Assembly (NCBI GenBank): GCA_965220965.1
Contig: OZ244852.1
Span: forward strand, 2,432,001 to 2,496,000
Origin: Candidatus Marinacidobacterium sp.
Lineage (GTDB): Bacteria > Acidobacteriota > Vicinamibacteria > Marinacidobacterales > Marinacidobacteraceae
Direction: 5' to 3'
DNA length: 64,000 bases
Shown: positions 9,195 through 18,354 of the stretch, piece after piece
Layout: the number at the start of each line of letters is the position of its first letter
How positions within the stretch are numbered: the stretch's first letter is position 1
Translations under genes and position numbers: made by a program
The notes under the pieces: model-generated
The model's database searches: none
The model's input: the letters and a program-made list of their open reading frames with translations, nothing else
Told to the model about the DNA's origin: nothing

Positions 9195-10547
9195 TCAGGA
9201 GTCTCCCCCGGCCCCTCCCTCTCCGCCGACGGTCTCGAGCGTGTACTCCCCGAGGTGGTGGATCACCTCTTCGCCCATGAGATATCGCAGCGTGTTCGTC
9301 AGCTTCTTCCGCTGAATGAACAGGTCGTGTTCGGGGTACACGCCGGGCGGCGTCATCGGGCTCTTGAAGTAGAAGGAGAGCCACTCCTGGACGCCGCGGA
9401 GGCCGGCGCGCCCGGCGAGGTCGAGGAACAGCGCGAGGTCGAGCACCAGCGGCGCGGCGAGGATCGAGTCCCGGCAGAGGAAGTCCACCTTGATCTGCAT
9501 CTCGTATCCGAGCCAGCCGAAGATGTCGATGTTGTCCCACCCCTCCTTGTTGTCGCGCCGGGGCGGGTAATAGTTGATCCGCACCTTGTGGTAGAGGTCA
9601 CGGTAGAGGTCGGGATACGTGTCGGGCTGGAGGATGTAGTCGAGAGCGCCGAGCTTGCTCTCCTCCTTGGTCCGGAACGACCCGGGGTCGTCCAGCACCT
9701 CGCCGTCGCGGTTCCCCAGGATGTTCGTCGAGAACCAGCCGCTCAGCCCCAGCATCCGCGCCTTCAGCCCGGGCGCCAGGATCGTCTTCATCAGGGTCTG
9801 CCCCGTCTTGAAGTCCTTGCCGCCTACGGGTGACCCCGTCCGGGAAGCGAGCTCGCGGAGCGCCGGGATGTCAGCGCTCAGATTCGGGGCCCCGTTCGCA
9901 TAGGGAATCCCGCATCGAAGCGCCGCATAGGCGTAGATCATGCTGGGCGCGATGTCCGGCGAGTTGTCGCGGAGCCCCTGTTCGAAACTCTCGAGGTCGG
10001 CGTGGGTCGCTGTCTCCTCGAGGAAGGTCTCGGTCGAGCCGCACCAGATCATGACCGCCCGCTTCGCACCCGAGGCCGCGCGCGAGCGCTCGATGTCTTC
10101 GATGAGCTGGTCGGCGAGGTCCATCTTGGTGGCCCCCGTCTTCACGAACGGACCGTCAAGCTTCTTGACGTAGTCCCGGTGAAAGACCGCCGGCATGGGA
10201 CGCACCGCCTGGAGTTCGTCCTTCACCTGATCGAGGAGCGAGGGCTCCAGAACGCCCGCCTTTCTGGCGGCGGTCCAGGCGTCGTCCTCGAACACGTCCC
10301 ACGCCGCGAACGACAGGTCGTCCATGGACGCGAGCGGCGCGAAGTCGCGGATCAGGGGTGTCCGGGCCTCGGTTCGCTTGCCCAGACGGATCGTCCCCAT
10401 CTGGGTCACGGACCCGATCGGCGCCGCCAGCCCCCGGCGAATGGCCTGGGCCCCGGCGATGAAGGTGGTGCTGACCGCCCCGAGGCCGGGCAACAGCACG
10501 AGCAGTCCGCCATCCGCGGGCTGCACCTGGAACCGTTCGTTCGGCAT
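9195..10547 (-). CDS. ino1: myo-inositol-1-phosphate synthase
   Basis: GLGAVSTT, GKDFKTGQT, NILGNRDG, DNKEGWDNID, RDSILAAP, SFYFKSP. Confidence 0.92.
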   Translation of the reverse strand: MPNERFQVQPADGGLLVLLPGLGAVSTTFIAGAQAIRRGLAAPIGSVTQMGTIRLGKRTEARTPLIRDFAPLASMDDLSFAAWDVFEDDAWTAARKAGVLEPSLLDQVKDELQAVRPMPAVFHRDYVKKLDGPFVKTGATKMDLADQLIEDIERSRAASGAKRAVMIWCGSTETFLEETATHADLESFEQGLRDNSPDIAPSMIYAYAALRCGIPYANGAPNLSADIPALRELASRTGSPVGGKDFKTGQTLMKTILAPGLKARMLGLSGWFSTNILGNRDGEVLDDPGSFRTKEESKLGALDYILQPDTYPDLYRDLYHKVRINYYPPRRDNKEGWDNIDIFGWLGYEMQIKVDFLCRDSILAAPLVLDLALFLDLAGRAGLRGVQEWLSFYFKSPMTPPGVYPEHDLFIQRKKLTNTLRYLMGEEVIHHLGEYTLETVGGEGGAGGDS

Positions 10548-10679
10548 GTGGGGCGGGAGTCTAAACGGCGGCCGGGCCCTGGACGCCGCGGTCCCGCCCC
10601 ACTTCCCGGGGAGTCTCCGGCCGGGCCCCGGAGTATCCTCCCGGAACCGCTCCCGGGCCGCCTGGGGGCGGCGCTCCCG

Positions 10680-12233
10680 ATGCGTCGCGGTCTCCGTCGG
10701 TTCCCCCTCCCGGCCGGTCCTCGGGACCGGTGCGGCCGCCTGCGGACGCGGCGCGCGCGGGCGGGCGTCACCCTGGTCCTCTTGCTGGCGGGCGGGGTCT
10801 GTGGCGCCGCCGCCCAGGGGATCGCGCCGCTCCGGATCATCCACGAGGGAGACGCCGCCCGCGTCCCGGTCCGGCTGCTCAACGGGGTCGAAATGGTGGC
10901 GCTCCGGGAAGTCGCTGACGCGGTCTCCGGCGCGCTGCGCCCCGGCGCCGGGGATCGCGAGGTGGAGCTGCTGGTCGCCGGAGAGCGGATCCGGATCGAG
11001 GCGGGCCGGAGCTTTGTGGGCGTGGGGCGTCGGGATCGCCTTCTCGCCAACCCCGTCGTCTTGCGCGGGGGCGACTGGTACGTCCCGATCGACTTCGTGT
11101 CGCGGGTGCTGCTCGACGTCCTGCCTCCCGGCAGCCGCTATGACCAGGGGGGCCGCGCCCTTGCGGTCGGAGGAGGCCACCCGACCCTCGAGGTGGACAT
11201 CCTCCCCCGGCCGGGGATGACGCGCATCGAAGTCGCAACCGACCCGCCCGTCTCCGTTGACCTCGAGGAGAGCGGACGCGGGTTCCGGATCCTGGTCGAC
11301 GCCCCGTTCGTCGAAACCGCGTTTGTCGGTGAGGCGCCGCGCGACGGGGTTGTCGAGCGGGTGGACCTGCGCCAGATCGGCGACCGCTATGTCCTCGACA
11401 TCATGACCGGCCGCAGTTTCAGTCGGCTCCGCCAGGAGAGGAGCTCCGGGCGGTTTGCGCTGGATCTGATCCGCTCCGGGGTCCGGGCCGAGTCGGGGGC
11501 CGGGATTCTGCCGCCGCTCCCCGGGATGGGGCCCGAACCGGTTCGCCCCCGCCCGGACCTGTCGCGCCGGCCGGCGGCGGCGCGCGAGATCCGGATCGTC
11601 GCGATCGACCCGGGCCACGGTGGAAGCGATTTCGGGGCGGCTGGGTCCGGAAGGGGCCTCTCCGAGAAGGACCTGACGCTGTCGGTAGCCCTCGCGCTCG
11701 CCCGCCTGCTGGAGCGGGAGCACGGTCTGCAGGTCGTGCTGACCCGCGAAAGCGATCGCGAGGTCGGCCTCGACGACCGGGCGGTGGTGGCCAACGCGGC
11801 CCGCGCCGACCTGCTGGTGAGCCTTCATGTGAACGCGTCGCCCAGTCCCAACGCCCGCGGGGTCCTCGTCTATCACCATGCGCCGATCAGCAGCGCGCGT
11901 CCGGCGGACGGGCAGGCGGTGCGCTTCGTGGCGTGGCAGGAAGCGCAGGCCGCGGCGCTTCCCGGATCGCGCGAACTGGCGCGGGCGATCGCCGGCGCCC
12001 TCGCGAATCTCGAGCTCCCGGTGCGCGGCGTCGCCGACGCTCCCGTCCGCCTCCTCGCCGGGGCCGCGATGCCCGCCGTCCAGGTCGAACTCGGGTTCAT
12101 CACGTCCCAGCGGGATCGGCGGGTGCTTGGCGAGCCCGGGTTTCCGGAGCGGGCCGCGCGCGCCATCGCCGACGGGATCCTCCGCTTCCGGACCCGGGAG
12201 CCTTCGCGACGCCCGACGGGGGGTGTCCGCTGA
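10680..12233 (+). CDS. N-acetylmuramoyl-L-alanine amidase (Amidase_3)
   Basis: IDPGHGG, EKDLTL, VSLHVNAS, PAVQVELGF; start approximate. Confidence 0.88.
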   Translation: MRRGLRRFPLPAGPRDRCGRLRTRRARAGVTLVLLLAGGVCGAAAQGIAPLRIIHEGDAARVPVRLLNGVEMVALREVADAVSGALRPGAGDREVELLVAGERIRIEAGRSFVGVGRRDRLLANPVVLRGGDWYVPIDFVSRVLLDVLPPGSRYDQGGRALAVGGGHPTLEVDILPRPGMTRIEVATDPPVSVDLEESGRGFRILVDAPFVETAFVGEAPRDGVVERVDLRQIGDRYVLDIMTGRSFSRLRQERSSGRFALDLIRSGVRAESGAGILPPLPGMGPEPVRPRPDLSRRPAAAREIRIVAIDPGHGGSDFGAAGSGRGLSEKDLTLSVALALARLLEREHGLQVVLTRESDREVGLDDRAVVANAARADLLVSLHVNASPSPNARGVLVYHHAPISSARPADGQAVRFVAWQEAQAAALPGSRELARAIAGALANLELPVRGVADAPVRLLAGAAMPAVQVELGFITSQRDRRVLGEPGFPERAARAIADGILRFRTREPSRRPTGGVR

Positions 12234-12799
12234 GGCAGCGTCTCGCGTTCGCCCTGACCGCTCTCCTGGCGGGCTGCGGCTCTCCCATGCCGTCCGACGA
12301 CCCGGGCGGGGCGGGTCCGCTGGCGCGGGCGGAGGCCGGCGACCCCCCTTCCGTCGTCGCGGGAGTCGATGAACCGACGAACGCCCGACTCTTCGCCGTG
12401 GGCCCCGACGGGCTGTTGATCGCCCGCGAGGTCGAGCTGCCGGGGACTTCGACGACCCGCTCGCGCGCCGAGGCGCTCGTCCGCCAGCTCGTCGAGGAGT
12501 CCGGCGCGTTTCCCGAGGGCGCCGGGGTGCTCGACGTCTTCGTGAGCGGGCGCGGGGTCGCCGTCGTCAATTTCACCCTCGACCTGCTGGAGGGGCATCC
12601 GGGCGGCCTGCTCGCCGAGGAGCTCACGGTGTACAGCCTGAGCCACTCGCTCGTCGTGAGCTTCCCGGCGATCGTCGAGGTCCGGCTCCTCGTCGAAGGC
12701 CGCGCGCCCGAGACCCTCGCCGGGCATCTCGACCTGCGCTTCGGGTACCGCCGGGCCCCGGACCGGCTCCTCGCCGATCCGGACGCCGGCGTCCTGTGA
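12230..12799 (+). CDS. GerMN domain lipoprotein
   Basis: Lipobox LLAGC; EELTVYSL, ETLAGHLDL; sits between amidase and rph; apparent CTG start overlapping the upstream TGA. Confidence 0.8.
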   Translation: MRQRLAFALTALLAGCGSPMPSDDPGGAGPLARAEAGDPPSVVAGVDEPTNARLFAVGPDGLLIAREVELPGTSTTRSRAEALVRQLVEESGAFPEGAGVLDVFVSGRGVAVVNFTLDLLEGHPGGLLAEELTVYSLSHSLVVSFPAIVEVRLLVEGRAPETLAGHLDLRFGYRRAPDRLLADPDAGVL

Positions 12800-13536
12800 G
12801 GCGGGCCCGGGCCGGGGGACGCGGCCCCCGGGAACTGCGCCCGGTTTCGTTCCAGACCGGGTTCCTCCGGAGCGCGCCGGCGTCTGTCCTTGTCTCCCAG
12901 GGCCTCACCCGCGTGATCGCCGCGGTCAGCATCGAGGAGGGCGTGCCCGGCTGGCTTCGGGGACGGGGCCGGGGCTGGCTCACCGCGGAATACGGAATGC
13001 TGCCGATGTCCTCCGGCGAGCGGATCCGTCGCGACCGCGGCGGCGTCCCCGGACGCACCACCGAGATCCAGCGCCTGATCGGCCGGTCGCTCCGCGCCGC
13101 GGTGGACCTCCACCGCCTTGGCGAGCACACCGTGCGGGTCGACTGCGATGTGATCGAGGCCGATGGAGGGACCCGCACTGCGGCGATCACCGGCGCCTTC
13201 GTGGCGCTTGCGCTCGCCTTCGGGGAGTTGGTCCGTCGGCGACAGGTCCCGGAGAACCCGCTCGTCCACCAGCTCGCCGCCGTGAGCGTCGGCGTGGTGG
13301 ACGGCGAGGCGCGACTCGATCTCGACTACGCCGAAGACTCCCGGGCCAGCGTGGATCTGAACGTGGTCCAGACGGCGGACGGGCGCTTCGTGGAAGTCCA
13401 GGGGAGCGCCGAGGGTCGCCCCTTCGCCCGACCCGCCCTCGACGAAATGCTCGACGCCGCCCAGGAGGGGATCGCGCGCCTGCTGGGACGCCAGCGCGAG
13501 GCGCTGGCCGGGGTCGCGCTTCCGGAAGGCCTCTGA
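12796..13536 (+). CDS. rph: Ribonuclease PH
   Basis: GWLTAEYGMLP, EIQRLIGRSLR, DCDVIEADGGTRTAAITG, EVQGSAE. Confidence 0.95.
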   Translation: MRRARAGGRGPRELRPVSFQTGFLRSAPASVLVSQGLTRVIAAVSIEEGVPGWLRGRGRGWLTAEYGMLPMSSGERIRRDRGGVPGRTTEIQRLIGRSLRAAVDLHRLGEHTVRVDCDVIEADGGTRTAAITGAFVALALAFGELVRRRQVPENPLVHQLAAVSVGVVDGEARLDLDYAEDSRASVDLNVVQTADGRFVEVQGSAEGRPFARPALDEMLDAAQEGIARLLGRQREALAGVALPEGL

Positions 13537-13541
13537 CGAGG

Positions 13542-14225
13542 ATGGAGTCCCCCTCGTCTCCCGCCGCGGCCGAGTTGCTCCTCGCGACCGGGAACCGCGG
13601 CAAGGTTCGCGAGATGCGCGCAGCGCTCGCCGGCCTCGGGCTGGATCTCCTCGACCTTTCGCAGCTCGCGGGCCCCGCCCCGGAAGAACCCGAGGAAACG
13701 GGCGAGGGCTTCCTCGACAACGCCGGGATCAAGGCGCTCCACTACCACGCCGCTACCGGTTTGCCGGCTCTCGCCGAGGATTCCGGGCTCGAGGTGGATG
13801 CGCTCGCTGGCGGTCCGGGCGTCCGCTCCGCTCGCTGGCTGGGGAAACAGACCCCGTACTCACAGAAGAACCGGAGGTTGATCGAGATCGTGGACGAGTG
13901 GATGACCGAAGCTCCAGGGCGCGGTCGCGGCGCCCGCTACCGCTCGGCGACCGCGCTCGCGCTGGACGGCCGGATCGTGTTCCGCTCGGCGGGGGTCGTC
14001 GAGGGGACCATCACCCGCGCGCCCAGGGGCGACGGCGGATTCGGCTATGACCCCGTCTTCTTCGTCCCCGAACTCGGCCGGACGATGGCCGAACTGACCG
14101 TCGCCGAAAAGCAGGAGATCAGCCACCGGGGCCGCGCGCTGGCGCCGGTGCGCCGTTTCCTGAAGGCCGCCCTTTCCACGCTCTGGCCCGTCCCGGCCGG
14201 AGCGCTTCCCGGAGAACTCTCATGA
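13542..14225 (+). CDS. rdgB: Non-canonical purine NTP pyrophosphatase
   Basis: ATGNRGKVRE, EDSGL, GFGYDPVF, SHRGRA. Confidence 0.93.
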   Translation: MESPSSPAAAELLLATGNRGKVREMRAALAGLGLDLLDLSQLAGPAPEEPEETGEGFLDNAGIKALHYHAATGLPALAEDSGLEVDALAGGPGVRSARWLGKQTPYSQKNRRLIEIVDEWMTEAPGRGRGARYRSATALALDGRIVFRSAGVVEGTITRAPRGDGGFGYDPVFFVPELGRTMAELTVAEKQEISHRGRALAPVRRFLKAALSTLWPVPAGALPGELS

Positions 14226-14782
14226 CGGTTTCCCTGTTGTCCCTGTGGCTTCCGATCCTGCTGTCGGCGGTCGCGGTCTTCTTCGCCAGCTTCCTGCTGA
14301 ACAGCGTGCTCAAGTGGCACAAGAACGACGTGACCGGACTGCCCGACGAGGACAAGGTCGCCGCCGCCCTGCGCGAGTTCGAGATCCCGCCCGGCGACTA
14401 CGTCGTCCCGTGGTGTGACGACCCGAAGCAGATGGCGGATCCGGCGTTCCAGGCGAAGTGCAAGTCGGGCCCGGTCGGGATCTTCACGTTCCTTCCGAAC
14501 CAACCGTTCGCGATGGGCCAGAGCCTGATCCTGTGGTTCCTCTACTCCGTCGTCGTGAGCGGGATGGCCGCCTTCGCCGCTGGCGTCGCCATCGGCCCGG
14601 GCGCCGATTACCTGGTCGTCTTCCGCGTTGTGAGCGTGGTCGCGTTCGCGGGGTATGCGATGGGAGTCTTCCAGGCCTCCATCTGGTGGGGCCGGCAGTG
14701 GCGCTATTCGCTGCGAACCGCGGTCGACGCCCTGGTCTACGCCTGGCTCACGGCGGGATTCTTCGGCTGGCTCTGGCCGTGA
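14222..14782 (+). CDS. Hypothetical membrane protein (about 4 TM helices)
   Basis: Hydrophobic segments; ATGA overlap with rdgB. Confidence 0.7.
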   Translation: MTVSLLSLWLPILLSAVAVFFASFLLNSVLKWHKNDVTGLPDEDKVAAALREFEIPPGDYVVPWCDDPKQMADPAFQAKCKSGPVGIFTFLPNQPFAMGQSLILWFLYSVVVSGMAAFAAGVAIGPGADYLVVFRVVSVVAFAGYAMGVFQASIWWGRQWRYSLRTAVDALVYAWLTAGFFGWLWP

Positions 14783-15099
14783 CGCCGTGAACTGCGGGCC
14801 AGGAATCGCAAACTGCGCTGCGCGCGAGTTTCCGATTCGAGCAGTTCGATTGCGGGAGGGGGACACCCCCTCCCGGGCCCCCACCGGGAGAACTGGCCCT
14901 CCCCCGGGCCACGCAGCGGCGCGGAGGCGAGGCCCGGAAGCTCGTCCTCAATGAACTTCCCCTCGGCGGCCCCTTCCGCAACTCCCCTCAAGGGCGCCTG
15001 ACAGTGTCGTCTCCCTGGCAACCCGGAATGTCGCACTCTCCGGGAGAACGTGTGGCCGAGCCGGAGCGGCGCTGAGCCCTCTCCAGTATCTTCCCCGCG

Positions 15100-16647
15100 G
15101 TGTCTCCCAGCGTTCTGCGCAGCTACCTGGCCGGCGCCTGGCTCGACGGTTCCGGGCGGGAGCGCCTCCTCCGGGATGCGTCGACCGGCGAACCCGTGGC
15201 CTCTCTCCGCAGTGGGGGACACGATCTCGGGGCCGCGCTCCGGCACGGCCGCGAGGTCGGAGGTCCGGCGCTCCGTTCTCTCACCTTCCGTCAGCGGGGC
15301 GCGCTGGTGGCGGACCTCGCGCGGGCGCTGCGGGGGCGCCGGGAAGAACTGCTGGATGTGGCCCAGACCTACGGGGCGACGCGGGGCGACGCGCAATTCG
15401 ACGTGGACGGCGGGCTCGGAACCCTCGGCTACTACGGGAAGCTGGGCCGGTCGCTCCCCGACGCGCCCCACCTGCTCGACGGCGGGGTGGAGCCGCTTTC
15501 GCGCGAGGGCGGGTTCGCCGGGCGGCACATCCTGGTTCCGCGGGAAGGAGTGGCGATCCAGATCAACGCCTACAACTTCCCCTGTTGGGGCCCGCTCGAG
15601 AAACTCGCACCGGCGCTGCTCGCCGGGGCTCCAAGCCTCGTCAAGCCGGCCACGCGGACGGCGCTGCTGACCAGCCGGCTGGTCGAGCAAATCGTCGAGA
15701 CCGGGATCCTCCCCGAGGGAGCGATCCAGTTGCTGGTCGGAAGCGCGGGCGACCTGCTCGACCACCTGGAATCGCAGGACATCGTTCTGTTCACCGGTTC
15801 CGCGGCGACCGCCCGCCAGATCCGGGCCCATCCCCGCGTCGTCCGTGAGTCGGTCCGCGTCAACGTGGAAGCCGATTCGCTCAACGCAGCCGTTCTGGGG
15901 CCGGACGGCGCGCCCGGGTCCGCCGTGCGCAAGGCGTTCCTGCGCGAGCTCCGCCGGGAGATGTCCCAGAAGGCCGGACAGAAGTGCACCGCGATTCGCC
16001 GGGCCTTTGCGCCCGCGGGCGAGATGGAGTCGCTCGCCGGGGAGATCCGTTCGCTGGTGACCGGGCTCCGTCCCGCCGACCCGCGGAGCGAGGACGCCCG
16101 GATGGGACCGCTGGTGGATCCGGAAGCGGCTGAGGCCTGCCGCGAAGCGCTCGCCGCGCTGGCCGACGAAGTGGAGGTCATGGCCGGGGAGCCGAATGAG
16201 GCCCTGACCGGATCGGCGGCGTTTCCGCCGCTGGCGCTGCGGCTGCGGCCCGGCGCCCGCGCCGACGCCGTCCATCGGGTCGAGGTGTTCGGCCCGGTCG
16301 TCACCCTCCTGCCGTACGAGGATGCTGACGATGCCGCGGCCGGCATCCGCGCCGGAGGCGGAAGCCTCGTCACCTCGGTGTTCAGCGAGGACCGGGCGTT
16401 CCTCGGCCGGCTGGTCGCCGGGGCGGCGGCGTGGAACGGCCGGGTTCTGGCGGCCTCGGGACGGGCGCTCTCCGAGTCCACCGGTCACGGGACGGTGATG
16501 CCCCAGCTCCTCCACGGCGGACCGGGACGCGCCGGGGGCGGCGAGGAACTCGGAGGCCTTCGGGCGCTGAACCCGTTCCTGAACCGGTGCGCTGTCCAGG
16601 GAGATCCCGGGATGCTCGCGGAGCTCTTCCCGGAGCTGGATCGCTGA
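15100..16647 (+). CDS. PaaZ-N/3,4-dehydroadipyl-CoA semialdehyde dehydrogenase-type aldehyde dehydrogenase
   Basis: INAYNFP, FTGSA, VEADSLN, KAGQKCTAIRR, EVFGP, HGGPGRAGGGEELGG; no MaoC domain. Confidence 0.85.
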   Translation: MSPSVLRSYLAGAWLDGSGRERLLRDASTGEPVASLRSGGHDLGAALRHGREVGGPALRSLTFRQRGALVADLARALRGRREELLDVAQTYGATRGDAQFDVDGGLGTLGYYGKLGRSLPDAPHLLDGGVEPLSREGGFAGRHILVPREGVAIQINAYNFPCWGPLEKLAPALLAGAPSLVKPATRTALLTSRLVEQIVETGILPEGAIQLLVGSAGDLLDHLESQDIVLFTGSAATARQIRAHPRVVRESVRVNVEADSLNAAVLGPDGAPGSAVRKAFLRELRREMSQKAGQKCTAIRRAFAPAGEMESLAGEIRSLVTGLRPADPRSEDARMGPLVDPEAAEACREALAALADEVEVMAGEPNEALTGSAAFPPLALRLRPGARADAVHRVEVFGPVVTLLPYEDADDAAAGIRAGGGSLVTSVFSEDRAFLGRLVAGAAAWNGRVLAASGRALSESTGHGTVMPQLLHGGPGRAGGGEELGGLRALNPFLNRCAVQGDPGMLAELFPELDR

Positions 16648-16681
16648 CCGGGCCTCCCGCCCCTATAATCCCGGGGCTTCT

Positions 16682-16755
16682 CGGGGCGTGGCGCAGTCTG
16701 GCAGCGCGCCTGCTTTGGGAGCAGGAAGCCGGAGGTTCAAATCCTCTCGCCCCGA
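16682..16755 (+). tRNA. tRNA-Pro(TGG)
   Basis: Acceptor CGGGGCG/CGCCCCG; anticodon arm CCTGC-TTTGGGA-GCAGG; GGTTCAAATCC; TATAAT upstream; CCA not encoded. Confidence 0.95.
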
Positions 16756-16798
16756 CGAGCGACCCTCCCGGGTCGCCGGGCCGGGACCGGGCGCGCGA

Positions 16799-16875
16799 GC
16801 GCCAGTAGCTCAGCTGGACAGAGCGGCGGCCTTCTAAGCCGCGGGTCGGGGGTTCGAATCCTCCCTGGCGCGCCA
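16799..16875 (+). tRNA. tRNA-Arg(TCT)
   Basis: GCGCCAG/CTGGCGC; GCGGC-CTTCTAA-GCCGC; GGTTCGAATCC; CCA. Confidence 0.95.
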
Positions 16876-16897
16876 GCGTCGGCGGGCTGCGCCGGCT

Positions 16898-16970
16898 GGT
16901 GGATGTAGCTCAATGGCAGAGCACCGGATTGTGGTTCCGGTGGTTGGGGGTTCGAGTCCCCTCATCCACC
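16898..16970 (+). tRNA. tRNA-His(GTG)
   Basis: G-1, GTGGATG/CATCCAC, C discriminator; CCGGA-TTGTGGT-TCCGG. Confidence 0.95.
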
Positions 16971-16983
16971 CCGGTTCATCCGC

Positions 16984-17904
16984 TCAACCGCCCTTCCGGC
17001 GCAGATGCAGGATGTGGAAGAGCGCCGAGATCGGCAGCACGTCCTTTCGTCCGGCGACGAAGCGGTCCTGCAGATCCTGCGGGGAGTAGTTCGCGAGCAC
17101 CTCCCACTCCGCGCTCAGCCCGAGGTCCTCCGCTGGCTCTTCGGGATCGACGGTCGAGACCTGGGGTTCGCCGTGTTCCAGGACAAACGCCTCGACCCTG
17201 TCGAAGTGGCGCTGATCCTCCGGGGAGGCCAGGGTCTCCCGGGGTCGGCGGAAGTCCAGAACCAGTTCGGATCCGGGGGCGGCCAGCCTCGTCGTGAGCC
17301 GCAGGGTCTCCCGCACCGCGGCGGCCTCCAGGTAGTAGGTCACCCCGACGAACGAGAACACCGCGGGCGCCGACGGGTCGAACCCGGAGTCGGTGAGCTT
17401 CGCCGAGAGGTCATCGCGCTCGAAGTCGACTTCCACGAAACGCACGCAGGGCGGGATGGCGACATCGGCGGCGGCCAGTTGCTTCTTCTTGAGTTGCGAG
17501 GTGGCGGCCAGGTCCACCTCGAACACTTCGATGCCTTCCTCGGGGTGGCGGAGACCAAACGTGTCGAACCCGGCGCCGAGGATCACCAACTGCTTCACGC
17601 CGCGGCGCGCGGCGTCGAGGGTGACGTCGTCGGCCGTGCGGGCCCGCGTCAGGACGAACGTCGCGGTCCGCATGAGGTCGCCCAGCTTCCGGCGGACGAG
17701 CCAACGCTTGAAGCGGCTTCGCACCGCCCCCGCCCAGCGCGGGCCCAGGAAATGGACCGCGAACGGGTCTTCGACGATCAGCGGACGCCGGCCGCTCAGG
17801 TAGTGGTCGGCTCGCCCGGCCGCCACCGACTCCGCGGTCTGGCTCCCGCGGTCGCGGCTCAGGTTGCCCGTGCCGCCTGTCGGGCTGGTGTCGCTGTCGG
17901 TCAC
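16984..17904 (-). CDS. SAM-dependent methyltransferase (leucine carboxyl methyltransferase-like family)
   Basis: DPFA, QLVILGAGFDT, FEVDL, GVTYYL; GTG start at 17904. Confidence 0.85.
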   Translation of the reverse strand: MTDSDTSPTGGTGNLSRDRGSQTAESVAAGRADHYLSGRRPLIVEDPFAVHFLGPRWAGAVRSRFKRWLVRRKLGDLMRTATFVLTRARTADDVTLDAARRGVKQLVILGAGFDTFGLRHPEEGIEVFEVDLAATSQLKKKQLAAADVAIPPCVRFVEVDFERDDLSAKLTDSGFDPSAPAVFSFVGVTYYLEAAAVRETLRLTTRLAAPGSELVLDFRRPRETLASPEDQRHFDRVEAFVLEHGEPQVSTVDPEEPAEDLGLSAEWEVLANYSPQDLQDRFVAGRKDVLPISALFHILHLRRKGG

Positions 17905-18200
17905 GGTGCTTCGGTCCCCTCGTTGAGAATGCGCAGACAGGCATCGTAGGCGAACACCAGCGGGCGTCGTTCCGCCTCGAGGCGGACGACGATGCCGACC
18001 CGCTGCAGTTCGTCGATGACGCCCCTGACAGTCGGGCGGGACAGACCCGTGGAGTCCATGAGGTCCCGAATGCGGGTGACCGGTCGCCGCCTGAGCGATT
18101 CGTGAATCCGCAGAGCGGACGCCGCCCGGCCCCCGAACTGACGGATCAGACCCCGATCCTCGTCGAAGCGCCGCATGAGCCGGTCGGCGTCTCCGCCACC
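17901..18200 (-). pseudogene. C-terminal HTH remnant of a Fic family protein
   Basis: TGLSRPTVRGVIDELQRVGIV...VFAYDACLRILNEGTE resembles Fic C-termini; no Fic catalytic motif upstream. Confidence 0.6.
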
Positions 18201-18354
18201 TGCTCCGATCCGGGAGGCTCGCCCGGCCCGCCGCCAATGAACATCAAGAGACGTTCCACTTGACGACGTCAGCGCAAAGAATCGGCGTGAATCTTTACGT
18301 TCCCGCAATTCCGGCGACGGGCCCGGGCCGTGTCGAGGCTTTTCGTCCGGGCTG

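Noticed and set aside
14940-15050. Glycine-riboswitch-like words on the minus strand (GGAGAG...GCCAGGGAG...CTGTCAGG)
   Set aside because: The core CCGAAG motif is not intact and no gene lies downstream on that strand.
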